34,726 nucleotides of DNA from Sulfuriferula multivorans (lineage in GTDB: Bacteria > Pseudomonadota > Gammaproteobacteria > Burkholderiales > Thiobacillaceae). Each line of letters begins with the position of its first letter. Within the stretch, counting starts at the first letter, position 1. The stretch is from positions 1 through 34,726 of the forward strand of contig JAAFGW010000001.1 in assembly GCA_010365175.1 (NCBI GenBank), in the 5' to 3' direction. The notes beneath the pieces are model-generated. The model was not told the origin of the DNA. It made no database searches and worked only from the letters and a program-made list of their open reading frames with translations. Shown here piece by piece: positions 8,366-18,236 of the stretch. The position numbers and the translations under genes were made by a program.

Positions 8366-9259
8366 ATGAAACGATTGCTTGCATTACTCATTATGTTATC
8401 GCCCCTCAGCGCCCATGCCGCGCTGAACGTTTTTGCCTGCGAACCCGAATGGGCCTCTCTGGCGCGCGAACTCGGCGGAAACGACGTCAAGGTATACAGC
8501 GCAACCACCGCCATGCAGGATCCGCACCGGATTGAGGCGCGCCCCAGCCTGATTGCCCAGATGCGGCGAGCCGATTTAGTGGTCTGCACCGGTGCGGAGC
8601 TGGAAATCGGCTGGCTTCCCATCCTGTTACGCGATGCCGGAAACGCCGCAATCCAGCCCGGCCAGCCCGGCTACTTCGAGGCAACCCAGTTTGTAACCCT
8701 GATGGAAAAACCCAGCCGACTCGACCGTGCAGACGGTGACGTCCACGCATCCGGCAATCCGCACATCCATACCGATCCACGCAACATCCTGCGCGTAAGC
8801 GAAGCACTGGCCGCACGCTTGATCGAGATCGATCCCGCTCATGCGTCTGCGCACCGCGCTCGGAGCGTGAATTTTTCTGCCCGATGGAATGCTGCCATGA
8901 CAGGCTGGAAAACACGTGCCGCTCCGCTCAAGGGTCTACCTGTCGTGGTCCAGCACAAGTCGTTTTCCTACCTGCTGAACTGGCTGGAGATGCGCACACT
9001 GGCGACGCTGGAACCCAAGCCGGGGGTTGAACCTTCGGTCGGCTATCTGGCCAGTGTGGCAGCGCAACTCCAGACAACGCCGGCGAAGCTGGTATTGCGG
9101 ACGGCTTACCAAAGTCCACGCCCAGCGGACTGGCTGGCGCAACGCGCTGGCATTCCCGCGCTCGCGCTGCCCTACACCGTGGGGGGCAGCGAGCGCGCCA
9201 GCGACCTGTTCGGTCTGTTTGATGACACCCTGGACCAACTATTGAAGGCGGTGCCATGA
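8366..9259 (+). CDS. Zn/Mn ABC transporter substrate-binding protein (ZnuA-like, cluster A-I)
   Basis: Signal peptide; QDPHRIEARPS, ADLVVCTGAELEIGWL, GDVHASGNPHIH, EPKPGVEPS. Confidence 0.92.
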   Translation: MKRLLALLIMLSPLSAHAALNVFACEPEWASLARELGGNDVKVYSATTAMQDPHRIEARPSLIAQMRRADLVVCTGAELEIGWLPILLRDAGNAAIQPGQPGYFEATQFVTLMEKPSRLDRADGDVHASGNPHIHTDPRNILRVSEALAARLIEIDPAHASAHRARSVNFSARWNAAMTGWKTRAAPLKGLPVVVQHKSFSYLLNWLEMRTLATLEPKPGVEPSVGYLASVAAQLQTTPAKLVLRTAYQSPRPADWLAQRAGIPALALPYTVGGSERASDLFGLFDDTLDQLLKAVP

Positions 9260-10050
9260 ACCTCACCGCCCTGAATCTTGCCGCGCTCGACCCCAGCCTG
9301 CTCGGCTGGCCGCTGCTTGTCGGTTTACTGGTGTTGTCAACTCACGTGCCATTGGGACGGCGGGTGCTGGCGCGAGGGATCATTTTTTTGGACCTGGCGA
9401 TTGCTCAGATCGCGGTACTGGGGGTGATCGCAGCACATGCTTTTGACCTCGCGCCGGATGGCTGGCCCACCCAGCTCGCCGCAGCTGCAGCCGCACTGAC
9501 AGGCGCAGCGTTGCTGGCGTTTTGCGAACGCCAGTGGCCGGACATTCAGGAAGCCTTGATCGGCTCTACTTTTGTGGTCGCGGCCAGTCTCGGCGTGCTG
9601 TTGTTGTCGGGGGATCCGCACGGTGGGGAGCACCTGTCCGAGTTGCTGACCGGACAGATCCTCTGGACCACGCCGACGCAGGTGGCCAAGATTGCACTCT
9701 TGTATGCCGCACTGCTGGCTTTATGGGCCTGGCGCGAAATGCGTCCCGGCGCGCCTGGGCTGGGCGGCCTCGGCTTCTACCTGATATTTGCACTTGCCAT
9801 TACTGCATCGGTCCAGCTAATCGGCGTCTATCTGGTATTTGCCAGCCTGATTCTGCCTGCGCTGGCAGTCCGCAAAAAGTCGATCCGTACGGGCCTGCTG
9901 GCCGGCTGGCTCCTGGGCACACTGGCCTATGCTGCTGGCTTATGCGCCTCGGCCCTGTTCGACTGGCCGGCTGGCCCCGCAATTGTCGTTGCCCTCGCAA
10001 TAACCTCCCTGATCGCAGGTAGAATGCAGCGGGTTGCCGCAAACACGTGA
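9256..10050 (+). CDS. Metal ABC transporter permease (ZnuB-like, ABC-3)
   Basis: Hydrophobic 264 aa; RGIIFLDLAIAQ, LLTGQILW, SVQLIGVYLVFASLILPA; ATGA overlap with the binding protein. Confidence 0.9.
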   Translation: MNLTALNLAALDPSLLGWPLLVGLLVLSTHVPLGRRVLARGIIFLDLAIAQIAVLGVIAAHAFDLAPDGWPTQLAAAAAALTGAALLAFCERQWPDIQEALIGSTFVVAASLGVLLLSGDPHGGEHLSELLTGQILWTTPTQVAKIALLYAALLALWAWREMRPGAPGLGGLGFYLIFALAITASVQLIGVYLVFASLILPALAVRKKSIRTGLLAGWLLGTLAYAAGLCASALFDWPAGPAIVVALAITSLIAGRMQRVAANT

Positions 10051-10097
10051 CAGCGCTAGTATCCATCATCGACTCTCTCATCTAAGCACCTCTATTC

Positions 10098-11204
10098 GTG
10101 GCTCTCCCGTTTTTTAAAAAAAGCAAAGACAAAACGCCTGAACCTGCGCATAAAACTGCGCCGGCTAGGGAGTCGCAGCCCACTGAAACGCTGTTGACAA
10201 TGGAAATGGGCGCGAGCGGAATCGTGGTAGAGGAAAACAGCGGCGCCCCGCAGTCACCTGTGGACGAAGCGGCCATCCTGTACGCCAGCAATCAGATCGA
10301 AGTGGCCGAGCACATGTTGAAGGAGGTGTTGGCCACGGGTGACCGTCGCGCCTGGCTTATGCTGTTTGACCTGTATTGCCTCCAGAACCGGGAAAAGGAC
10401 TTTGAGCAGTTGGCGTTGGATTACGCCGTTCGCTTTGAATCTTCGCCGCCCGTCTGGCAACAAAACAATGGCAATGGGCCCTCCAAATCCCCCCAGGAAC
10501 AGGCTGCCAGCCTGGAATTGCCTGGCTTGCTCAACAAGAGTGCAGCCACCACGCTGCACGAAGGCATCATCGCCACCGACAAGAAAGCGGTCGTTCGAAT
10601 CGATTTCTCACGTATTGAAATGGTCGACGAATCCGGGGCCGACGAGTGCGCCAAGCTCCTGAGTGCTGCGCGCAAAGCCAAGCGCAAATTGCAAGTCAGC
10701 GGCGTCGACCGACTCACAGCGCTGTTACAAGATCTCAACCGCGCCACCCAGAGCCGGGCGGTCCACTGGCTATTGCTCCTGGAGTTGTATCAGACGCTTG
10801 GCCAGCAAGAGCTGTTCGAAGATCTGGCCGTGGATTACGCCGTACGCTTTGAAGTGTCACCCCCCTCCTGGAGTGAGGTGCAAGCTGCCGTCGTTGTACA
10901 CGCTGCACCGGTCGAGCCTCTCGACGACGCTTTGTGTCTTTCCGGGGAAATAACCCCCAGCACCGACAGTGTGCTGCAACAGTTAAGCAGCTATGCCGCC
11001 ACCCACAATGAAGTGCTGGTTGATATGTCAAAAGTCACCCGCGTGGATTACGGCAGTGTCAGTCAGTTCATCAGCGTATTGATGCAATGCCTCGGCAGCG
11101 GCAAGTCCATTACTCTGCGTGGACATAATGCACTCATCCACGAACTCTTCCGCGTCATGGGCATCGACCAGCTGGCGCAACTGATCCCCCGTAATCCCGT
11201 TTAA
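10098..11204 (+). CDS. STAS domain-containing protein with internal duplication
   Basis: GTG start; two STAS-like segments (IDFSRIEMVDESG; VDMSKVTRVDYGS...LFRVMGI) each preceded by DYAVRFExSPPxW. Confidence 0.82.
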   Translation: MALPFFKKSKDKTPEPAHKTAPARESQPTETLLTMEMGASGIVVEENSGAPQSPVDEAAILYASNQIEVAEHMLKEVLATGDRRAWLMLFDLYCLQNREKDFEQLALDYAVRFESSPPVWQQNNGNGPSKSPQEQAASLELPGLLNKSAATTLHEGIIATDKKAVVRIDFSRIEMVDESGADECAKLLSAARKAKRKLQVSGVDRLTALLQDLNRATQSRAVHWLLLLELYQTLGQQELFEDLAVDYAVRFEVSPPSWSEVQAAVVVHAAPVEPLDDALCLSGEITPSTDSVLQQLSSYAATHNEVLVDMSKVTRVDYGSVSQFISVLMQCLGSGKSITLRGHNALIHELFRVMGIDQLAQLIPRNPV

Positions 11205-11328
11205 TTTTCGCTTGCCTTGACCGGCGGTCATTGCTGGTGACGCGGGACTCTCTCACTGCCCCCTTGTCTGGCAGGAACTAATCCCTGCGATTCGCGGACT
11301 CAGGACGAGCCTCACTTATAATCGTCCC

Positions 11329-11862
11329 ATGGAACAATATCGCGGCACCACCATTCTGTCTGTCCGGCGCGGCGCGGACGTTGCCCTCGGCGGCGACGGC
11401 CAGGTCACCCTTGGCAACATCGTCATCAAATCCACCGCCCGCAAGATTCGCCGGCTGTATCAGGAAAAAGTCCTGGCCGGGTTTGCCGGCGGGACGGCGG
11501 ATGCCTTCACCCTGTTTGAGCGCTTCGAAGCCAAACTCGACAAGCATTCCGGGCATCTGATGCGCAGTGCGGTCGAACTCGCCAAGGACTGGCGCACCGA
11601 CCGCATGCTGCGACGGCTCGAGGCCATGCTGGTGGTGGCTGATCGTGAGCACTCGCTCATTATTACGGGCAATGGAGACGTGCTTGAACCCGAGTTAGGG
11701 ATTGCCGCCATCGGCTCAGGTGGCGCTTATGCCCAGTCCGCCGCCTGCGCCCTGCTGCAAAACACCGATCTAGGCCCGGTTGAAATTGTCAAAAAGAGCC
11801 TCACCATTGCAGGGGACATCTGCATTTACACAAACCAGAATCACGTCATTGAAACCCTGTGA
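11329..11862 (+). CDS. hslV: ATP-dependent protease subunit HslV
   Basis: GTTILSVRR (catalytic Thr), [29 protein letters not shown]. Confidence 0.98.
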   Translation: MEQYRGTTILSVRRGADVALGGDGQVTLGNIVIKSTARKIRRLYQEKVLAGFAGGTADAFTLFERFEAKLDKHSGHLMRSAVELAKDWRTDRMLRRLEAMLVVADREHSLIITGNGDVLEPELGIAAIGSGGAYAQSAACALLQNTDLGPVEIVKKSLTIAGDICIYTNQNHVIETL

Positions 11863-11953
11863 TGGGTGAAGGGTTGAGGGTGAGCACCACCCTCCCTGCC
11901 GGGAGAGTAACCCTTCCCCCTTCATTACTTTTCTCTTTACCCTTATTCCTTCA
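11860..11953. repeat. Inverted degenerate heptamer arrays between hslV and hslU
   Basis: TGATGGG TGAAGGG TTGAGGG (11860-11880) and CCCTTCC CCCTTCA ... ACCCTTA TTCCTTC (11911-11952); inner hairpin GAGGGTG/CACCCTC. Confidence 0.55.
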
Positions 11954-11959
11954 CGATCA

Positions 11960-13282
11960 ATGACCCCTAAAGAAATCGTTCACGAACTCGACAAGCATAT
12001 CGTTGGCCAGACTGCGGCCAAACGTGCAGTGGCGGTTGCCCTGCGTAACCGCTGGCGCCGTCAACAGGTGAGTGAACCCTTGCGCCAGGAAATCACGCCG
12101 AAGAACATCTTGATGATCGGCCCGACCGGCGTCGGTAAAACCGAAATCGCCCGACGTCTGGCACGGCTGGCCAATGCACCCTTCATCAAGATCGAGGCGA
12201 CCAAGTTCACCGAGGTCGGCTACGTCGGCCGCGACGTCGACACCATCATCCGCGACCTGATGGAAACCGCGATCAAGCAGATGCGCGAGCAGGCCACGTC
12301 CAAGGTACAGTTCCGCGCTGAAGAAGCCGCCGAGGACCGTATTCTTGATGCCCTGCTGCCACCGCCACGCAGTGTCGGCCTTGACGATACTGCGCCCAAA
12401 CACGAGGAAGGCACCGCCCGCCAGCGCTTCCGCAAGATGCTGCGCGAAGGCGAACTCGACGACAAGGAAATCGAAATCGAACTGGCCGCACTCAACCCCA
12501 ACATGGAAATCTTCACCCCGCCGGGGATGGAAGACCTGTCTCAACAGCTGCAAGGCATGTTCCAGAACCTGGGGCAGAGCCGTCAGCAAAGTCGGAAACT
12601 GAAGGTGCGTGAAGCCTTCAAGCTGCTGACCGAGGAAGAAGCCGGGCGTCTGATCAACGAAGAAGACACCAAGCAGCAGGCGCTCGAAGCGGTCGAGCAG
12701 AACGGCATCGTTTTTTTGGATGAAATTGACAAGATTGCCACCCGCAGCGATGCCCACGGCAGCGATGTGTCACGCCAAGGCGTGCAGCGTGATTTACTTC
12801 CACTAATCGAGGGAACGACGGTCTCGACCAAGTACGGCATGGTGAAAACCGATCACATCCTGTTCATCGCCAGCGGGGCATTCCACCTGTCGAAGCCGTC
12901 CGACCTCATCCCCGAATTGCAAGGCCGACTGCCGATCCGGGTCGAACTGCAGGCGCTCTCTGTGGAAGACTTCGAAAAAATCCTGACCTCGACCGACGCC
13001 TGCCTGACGCGTCAGTACGAAGCACTGCTGGCGACCGAAGGCGTCACGCTCAAATTTACTGATAACGGCATCCGACGGCTTGCCGAAATTGCCTTCGAGG
13101 TCAACGAACGCACTGAAAACATTGGCGCACGCCGTCTGTATACGGTGATAGAAAAGTTGCTGGAAGACATTTCATTTGATGCCGGCACGGTCACCGGCGA
13201 ACATCTGGTTGATGCCGAAACGGTTACCACCCGTCTTGCTGCACTCGCCGCTCGCGAGGACCTCGCGCGTTACGTTCTCTAA
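11960..13282 (+). CDS. hslU: ATP-dependent protease ATPase subunit HslU
   Basis: [39 protein letters not shown]-terminal DLARYVL. Confidence 0.98.
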   Translation: MTPKEIVHELDKHIVGQTAAKRAVAVALRNRWRRQQVSEPLRQEITPKNILMIGPTGVGKTEIARRLARLANAPFIKIEATKFTEVGYVGRDVDTIIRDLMETAIKQMREQATSKVQFRAEEAAEDRILDALLPPPRSVGLDDTAPKHEEGTARQRFRKMLREGELDDKEIEIELAALNPNMEIFTPPGMEDLSQQLQGMFQNLGQSRQQSRKLKVREAFKLLTEEEAGRLINEEDTKQQALEAVEQNGIVFLDEIDKIATRSDAHGSDVSRQGVQRDLLPLIEGTTVSTKYGMVKTDHILFIASGAFHLSKPSDLIPELQGRLPIRVELQALSVEDFEKILTSTDACLTRQYEALLATEGVTLKFTDNGIRRLAEIAFEVNERTENIGARRLYTVIEKLLEDISFDAGTVTGEHLVDAETVTTRLAALAAREDLARYVL

Positions 13283-13309
13283 CCCGTATTCACTCAAAAC
13301 CTGAACCCA

Positions 13310-13843
13310 ATGAAACCCGTATCCAACCACCCCATCACGGCCAGCAACAAGATCCTGTCTTCCATCCTGTTTGGCAGCCGCTGGCTACAAGTGCCGCTGT
13401 ATCTGGGCCTGATTGTTGCGCAGCTGGTCTATGTCGTGCATTTCATGATCGAACTGGAACATCTGGTCGTGGGCACCTTCAGCCTCACCGAAGAGGCCAT
13501 CATGCTCATCGTGCTGGGGCTGATCGACGTGGTGATGATTTCCAATCTGCTGATCATGGTCATCGTCGGCGGCTATGAAACCTTTGTTTCGCGCCTCAAT
13601 CTCGAAGGCCATCCGGACGAACCCGAATGGCTGTCGCACGTCAACGCCAACGTACTGAAAGTAAAGCTCGCCACCGCCATCATCGGCATCTCGTCGATCC
13701 ACCTGCTGAAGACCTTCATCAACGCCCCCAACCTGACGGACAAGGTGCTGATGTGGCAAACCATCATCCATATGGCCTTCATCGTGTCAGCCGTAGCGAT
13801 CGCGTATATCGACAAGTTGATGCCGAATCCGTCCAAGCATTGA
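13310..13843 (+). CDS. UPF0114/TIGR00645 family membrane protein (YqhA-like)
   Basis: [56 protein letters not shown]. Confidence 0.92.
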   Translation: MKPVSNHPITASNKILSSILFGSRWLQVPLYLGLIVAQLVYVVHFMIELEHLVVGTFSLTEEAIMLIVLGLIDVVMISNLLIMVIVGGYETFVSRLNLEGHPDEPEWLSHVNANVLKVKLATAIIGISSIHLLKTFINAPNLTDKVLMWQTIIHMAFIVSAVAIAYIDKLMPNPSKH

Positions 13844-13847
13844 TTTT

Positions 13848-14636
13848 CTAGGCGGACATGCCTGTCAGCCCGACGATCATCTCATCCTGCAACCAGGTTC
13901 GCAGGCTGTCGGCAGCCACGCTGGCAGCCTCCTGATCGGAAAACTGTTCCCCCAGGTCAGCACATACCTGAGCAAATGAAGCACCCCCCTGCAACTGCAT
14001 CAGCGCTGCGTGTTCAACCATCTGAATCGTGCGGAAATGAGGTTGCCATCCTTTACGCCAAATCAGCAGCCAGGTGGGCGCGGGCAACGATTCGGCAGCT
14101 GGCGGCGCCTGCTCCTGATCGAGCGCATGCCAAATGGCCACGCTGTTAAAGCGTATAGGTGCGATAAACAGGGTAGGTGCAAACTGGAACCCTACACTGG
14201 CCCAATCCTCGGCAGCTAACCCGGCCAATTCTGCAGGCTGAACCGGGCTCGCGTCAGGACCATCAAACGCCAGACGCAACTGCCAGTCAATGAGCGCCAG
14301 TTCGGCAATATCCAGATCCTCTAGAAACCGTTTTTCCAGCCACTGCGGAAATTCCGCACCGTGCCAGCGCAGGTTGCGGTGCTTGGGCGGATTGTCCTCA
14401 ATGAAAGCCAACGCAGACGACTCGAAGGTTTCATCGCCGAGGTACGCCCAGGTTTTTTCATAGGCATCCTGCAGGTTTTCCAGCAGGCGAGCACGATAGG
14501 CATTGTGATAAATGTGCAGACGGTGATCGACCCCAATCCGGCCGCCCTCACTCACCTCCTGCGAGATCGCGCTGGGCAGGTTGAGCAAATGATCATGAAA
14601 AGCCACCTGCAGATCAGTTAACGCGGGCGACGTCAC
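13848..14636 (-). CDS. DUF2063-family MNIO partner protein (BufC/HvfC-like)
   Basis: [37 protein letters not shown]; GTGA overlap with DUF692 gene. Confidence 0.88.
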   Translation of the reverse strand: MTSPALTDLQVAFHDHLLNLPSAISQEVSEGGRIGVDHRLHIYHNAYRARLLENLQDAYEKTWAYLGDETFESSALAFIEDNPPKHRNLRWHGAEFPQWLEKRFLEDLDIAELALIDWQLRLAFDGPDASPVQPAELAGLAAEDWASVGFQFAPTLFIAPIRFNSVAIWHALDQEQAPPAAESLPAPTWLLIWRKGWQPHFRTIQMVEHAALMQLQGGASFAQVCADLGEQFSDQEAASVAADSLRTWLQDEMIVGLTGMSA

Positions 14637-15514
14637 AACGCGGCCTCCCTGACTTCCTGCAATCCGGACCCTGGCGTTTCGGCGGCTATGGCGCGCGCCC
14701 GATCCAGTTCCGCAATCAATACGCTTAACGCCGGTATGTCGTCATCGCGCTCGATCATGGTGGCCACGTCACCAAATCGCGCACAGGTATAACGGTAGAG
14801 GTCCCATACGGGCTCGGCCACCGGATGATCATGTGTGTCCACGATGTAGTCACCATGATCGCTATGTCCGGCCAGATGAATTTGCTGCACCCGATCGACC
14901 GGCAAGTGGTCCAGAAATTCAACGGGATCGAAGCCGTGATTGATGCCGCTGACATAGATGTTGTTGACGTCAAGCAGCAGCAGGCAGTCGGCTTGCTCGG
15001 CCACCTGGCGCAGGAATTCCCATTCACTCATTTCGGAGCTGCGATAGTTGAGGTAGCTCGACACGTTTTCCAGCAGGATTCGTCGGCCCAGTGCATCCTG
15101 CACCTGATTGACGTGGCGTACGACCAGTCGCAACGCTTCTTCGCTGTAAGGCAGCGGCAACAAATCATGCGCGTTGCGGCCTTGCACGCCGGTCCAGCAC
15201 AGATGGTCTGAAACCCACATGGGCTGCACATGATTTGCCAACGCTTTGAGGTCTGCCAGATAGACCGCATCCAGGCCATCAGTCGAGCCAATCGACAAAG
15301 ACACGCCGTGCATGGCGACCGGGTAGCGTTCCAGAATGGCATCGAGCATGACCAGCGGTTTGCCGCCGGGAACCATGTAATTTTCAGAGATGATTTCCAG
15401 CCAGTCGACTGCCTGAGGTTGGGCCAGAAAATCCGGGTAATGCACCGGCCGCAAGCCGAGACCAAAGCCCGGCGATTGTTTCTTGATGGCGGCAGACAAG
15501 GGGCTTAAAGGCAT
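14633..15514 (-). CDS. DUF692-family multinuclear non-heme iron oxidative enzyme (MNIO, BufB-like)
   Basis: [65 protein letters not shown]. Confidence 0.96.
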   Translation of the reverse strand: MPLSPLSAAIKKQSPGFGLGLRPVHYPDFLAQPQAVDWLEIISENYMVPGGKPLVMLDAILERYPVAMHGVSLSIGSTDGLDAVYLADLKALANHVQPMWVSDHLCWTGVQGRNAHDLLPLPYSEEALRLVVRHVNQVQDALGRRILLENVSSYLNYRSSEMSEWEFLRQVAEQADCLLLLDVNNIYVSGINHGFDPVEFLDHLPVDRVQQIHLAGHSDHGDYIVDTHDHPVAEPVWDLYRYTCARFGDVATMIERDDDIPALSVLIAELDRARAIAAETPGSGLQEVREAAL

Positions 15515-15554
15515 GGGTCGAAGTCGAATGCTCTGTTGAGGGCCATGAATGGAA

Positions 15555-15600
15555 TTTTTATCCTGAATGTCAGCGATGAAGCGAACATTCAGGATAAAAA
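15555..15600. repeat. 16-bp perfect inverted repeat
   Basis: TTTTTATCCTGAATGT 15555-15570 / ACATTCAGGATAAAAA 15585-15600. Confidence 0.9.
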
Positions 15601-15619
15601 CCCAGGCGCAAAGCCTGGG
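15596..15619 (-). terminator. Intrinsic terminator-like hairpin after the precursor gene
   Basis: CCCAGGC-5 nt-GCCTGGG followed on the minus strand by TTTTT, 11 nt after the stop codon. Confidence 0.7.
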
Positions 15620-15630
15620 CTTCAGACAGA

Positions 15631-15924
15631 TTACTTGGCCTTCAGATCGGCAATCACGCCGCCTTTATCCATGCAATCCTTGGCCTGAACAGCCTTGAAT
15701 CCATGGCCTTTGCATGCGTTCATTCCCTTGCAGTTATTTTCAGCTGTTTTGCAATCGGTGCTGCCCTTGCAGGAAGTCACGCCATAGCAATGTACTTTGT
15801 CACTGGCGCCCACTGCAACACCCATGCTGCCGCCGGGATTCTCGGCTGCAACAGCGGCCGACATTGACAGAACCATCGCAGCGGCGGCAGAAGCCAGGAT
15901 CGCGCCTTTGGATTGAGTTGACAT
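15631..15924 (-). CDS. Six-Cys bufferin-type (BufA2-like) RiPP precursor, 97 aa
   Basis: ATG 15924 with SD AAGGAG; Sec signal peptide; core [31 protein letters not shown]...DCMDKGG; directly upstream of DUF692/DUF2063. Confidence 0.9.
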   Translation of the reverse strand: MSTQSKGAILASAAAAMVLSMSAAVAAENPGGSMGVAVGASDKVHCYGVTSCKGSTDCKTAENNCKGMNACKGHGFKAVQAKDCMDKGGVIADLKAK

Positions 15925-16070
15925 GTAGATATCTCCTTGATGAATGAAACACGTTATTGACATGAGGCCCGTAAATCGCAGGCCATAAGGCGAAAATGAA
16001 GCACAAATGAGCGATGCTTCAATGCAGGGCAACCCATCATTTACGCAAATCCAGCGACTGCCATGCCCAC

Positions 16071-16100
16071 GTTAGTCGACACCTGTCGCCTGACCTTACA
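16071..16100 (-). promoter_or_regulatory. Candidate ECF (SigF/EcfF-type) promoter of the bufferin operon
   Basis: Minus strand TGTAAGG-N15-CGACTAAC, similar to the GTAA(C)...CGA promoters of ECF sigma factors known to drive DUF692 operons. Confidence 0.5.
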
Positions 16101-16264
16101 GCGGTAACGCACTATTTTTTGAGCAAGGATATGTGCCAGCCTATGGAACGGTAGATGAAACGCCCTGTTTATCAATGCATTAATAACGCCATCACCATTA
16201 CTTATTGGCTGCTCACGCCGCGTGGGCGGAAAATCAGGGGTCAAACTCATACGGAGACCACGCC

Positions 16265-18097
16265 ATGGCATCACGCGACACCCTCACCCCCAAAGAAGCC
16301 GCATGCAGCGGCGGCGCCGACTATGCTGCGCTGGCGCTGGAAGCCCTGCAGGAACCGGCTGATGCCGCCTATGCCAAGGAGCTGATGGACCGCGTGGCGG
16401 ATGACTGCCAGTTCACCAAGGATCTGGCGGCCTGTGCCATCGTCTACAAGGCGCTGGGCGAGCAGGATCGTGCCGAGGAATTGCTGCAAACCGCCGAAGA
16501 CTATTGCATGAGCGGCGATGAGCAGGTTGCACTGGCCGAAGCCAAATTCAAGGTGCTGGGCGATAAGGCGGCCGCTGTGGAATCGTATGAAAAGGCGCTG
16601 AAGGAAACCAGCAACCTCGACCCACTGATCGACCTGGCTAAAAACGTGATGAGCGTAATTGCCGATAGCGCATTGGCCAAAAAGGTCTTGGAAAAGGCCG
16701 AAGCAAAAATTTCGCGTGCGGTGGAGTTCAGCAAGCTGGCAGCCGCCTCGGCCGAACATTTGCTGGACAAGGACTATGCAGCAGAAATTTTCAACAAGGC
16801 TGCTGAAAAACTTTCCACGGTGCCCGATCTGTTGGCACTCGCCGGCGAAGTCACCAAGACATTGGGCGATCCGGCGCGCGCCAAGGCCTTGTACGAGCGT
16901 GCGCTGCATGGCGCAACCGATTTCGGCACGGCCAAAACGCTGGTCGAATCGGCCAAGCAGGCAGGCGACGACGCTTTTTTGCAGGCTGCGCTGAAAAAAG
17001 CAGGCGAACTCGCCACCGCCACCGGCGAGCACATCGAACTGGCCGAGGGTTTGGCCAGCGTGGGCGACAAACCGGGTGCGGCCGCACTGCTGGACAAGGC
17101 TGAAGAAGCCGTAGCCGGCCTGGACGAAATGCAAAAACTGGTCGCTGCGGTCGAGGCCCACCTGGCCGACGATGCCGAGCGCCTGACACGCGTGAAAGCC
17201 AAACTGGAGAAACGCCAGGCCAACCACGTACGCTATCTGGAGTTTCAGAAGCTGGAAGACGAAGCCAGCAACGTCAAGCAATACCTCGCACTGGCCGAGC
17301 GGGTGCGTCTCGAACTGGAAGACCCGTTCTATGCCGCCAAAATGATCCAGGCCGCCGAAGCACTGCTCGACGGCACCGGTTACCAGTTCTCACGCTACAA
17401 GCCGATTCTGCTGGCGGTGGACCAAAACCTGGACGATATCGACTGGCTCAATCGCTTGCTCGACCGCGCCGCCGAGAACGCGTCCGGGTTCATCACCTTC
17501 AAGGATCTGGTCGTAACAACAGCGCACTTGAAACATCGCGAACTGGGAACAGCGAAAGCGCGTGCGTTCCTCGCCGCGCGCGAAGCCGCTCAGGCTGCAG
17601 ACGCCAACGCTACCGTCTACGACACTGCCAAGCTGGCAGAAGTCAGCTTCGCCGCCACGCAGGATATCGCTGAAGCCGGTCGCCTGCTGGAAACTGCGCG
17701 CGCCCAGGCAAACGATCACTATGCCCTGACGCACATCGGCCAGTTATATGCGGGCATGGGCAACGCCGCCAAAGCAGATGAGTACTTTTCCGCTGCTGCG
17801 GCGACCTGCACCCATGGCGATGCCTGCATCCAGTTCATTGATCGCCTGAAGAGCTTTGCCCTACCTGCAGAGACATTGAAGAAATGGTATGTCGAATGCG
17901 GCACCCATTTAAGCAAACCCGCCGACAAGCTGCGCTGGGCTGAAGGCATTGCCGACGCGCTCAACGATAAAACCTGGGCAACCGAAGTCTATAGTCAGCT
18001 CGCAGGCCAGTTTAGCGGAACCGAGGCGGCACGCTTTGATCTCAGCCGCCGTTCACGCGCCGATCTCAATTATTTCGGCGCCACCCGGCGCCACTAA
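16265..18097 (+). CDS. Hypothetical alpha-solenoid protein with about 34-aa TPR-like repeats, 610 aa
   Basis: ATG 16265 with SD GGAG; repeats such as LAKNVMSVIADSALAKKVLEKAEAKISRAVEFSK, LAAASAEHLLDKDYAAEIFNKAAEKLSTVPDLLA, LAGEVTKTLGDPARAKALYERALHGATDFGTAKT; no signal peptide. Confidence 0.8.
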   Translation: MASRDTLTPKEAACSGGADYAALALEALQEPADAAYAKELMDRVADDCQFTKDLAACAIVYKALGEQDRAEELLQTAEDYCMSGDEQVALAEAKFKVLGDKAAAVESYEKALKETSNLDPLIDLAKNVMSVIADSALAKKVLEKAEAKISRAVEFSKLAAASAEHLLDKDYAAEIFNKAAEKLSTVPDLLALAGEVTKTLGDPARAKALYERALHGATDFGTAKTLVESAKQAGDDAFLQAALKKAGELATATGEHIELAEGLASVGDKPGAAALLDKAEEAVAGLDEMQKLVAAVEAHLADDAERLTRVKAKLEKRQANHVRYLEFQKLEDEASNVKQYLALAERVRLELEDPFYAAKMIQAAEALLDGTGYQFSRYKPILLAVDQNLDDIDWLNRLLDRAAENASGFITFKDLVVTTAHLKHRELGTAKARAFLAAREAAQAADANATVYDTAKLAEVSFAATQDIAEAGRLLETARAQANDHYALTHIGQLYAGMGNAAKADEYFSAAAATCTHGDACIQFIDRLKSFALPAETLKKWYVECGTHLSKPADKLRWAEGIADALNDKTWATEVYSQLAGQFSGTEAARFDLSRRSRADLNYFGATRRH

Positions 18098-18165
18098 TCA
18101 GCGACTCACCGCTTGAGTGGCGTGGCCAAAGCGCCATGCAACGTTAAACACCCTGCAATACCCCC

Positions 18166-18195
18166 AAAAACAGCCCGGTTGATCGGGCTGTTTTT
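18166..18195 (+). terminator. Intrinsic terminator (symmetrical)
   Basis: AAAAACAGCCCG-GTTGAT-CGGGCTGTTTTT. Confidence 0.85.
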
Positions 18196-18236
18196 CTTTG
18201 TACACTTCTAATTGAAGTCGTTTCCAGGAGCCGTAC

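Noticed and set aside
11260-11328. Sigma-32 promoter before hslV
   Set aside because: CCTCACTT resembles the -10 element but there is no good CTTGAA at the right spacing.
11957-12757. 266-aa antisense ORF
   Set aside because: Shadow of hslU caused by codon bias.
16271-17281. 336-aa antisense ORF
   Set aside because: Shadow of the repeat protein; no recognisable motifs.
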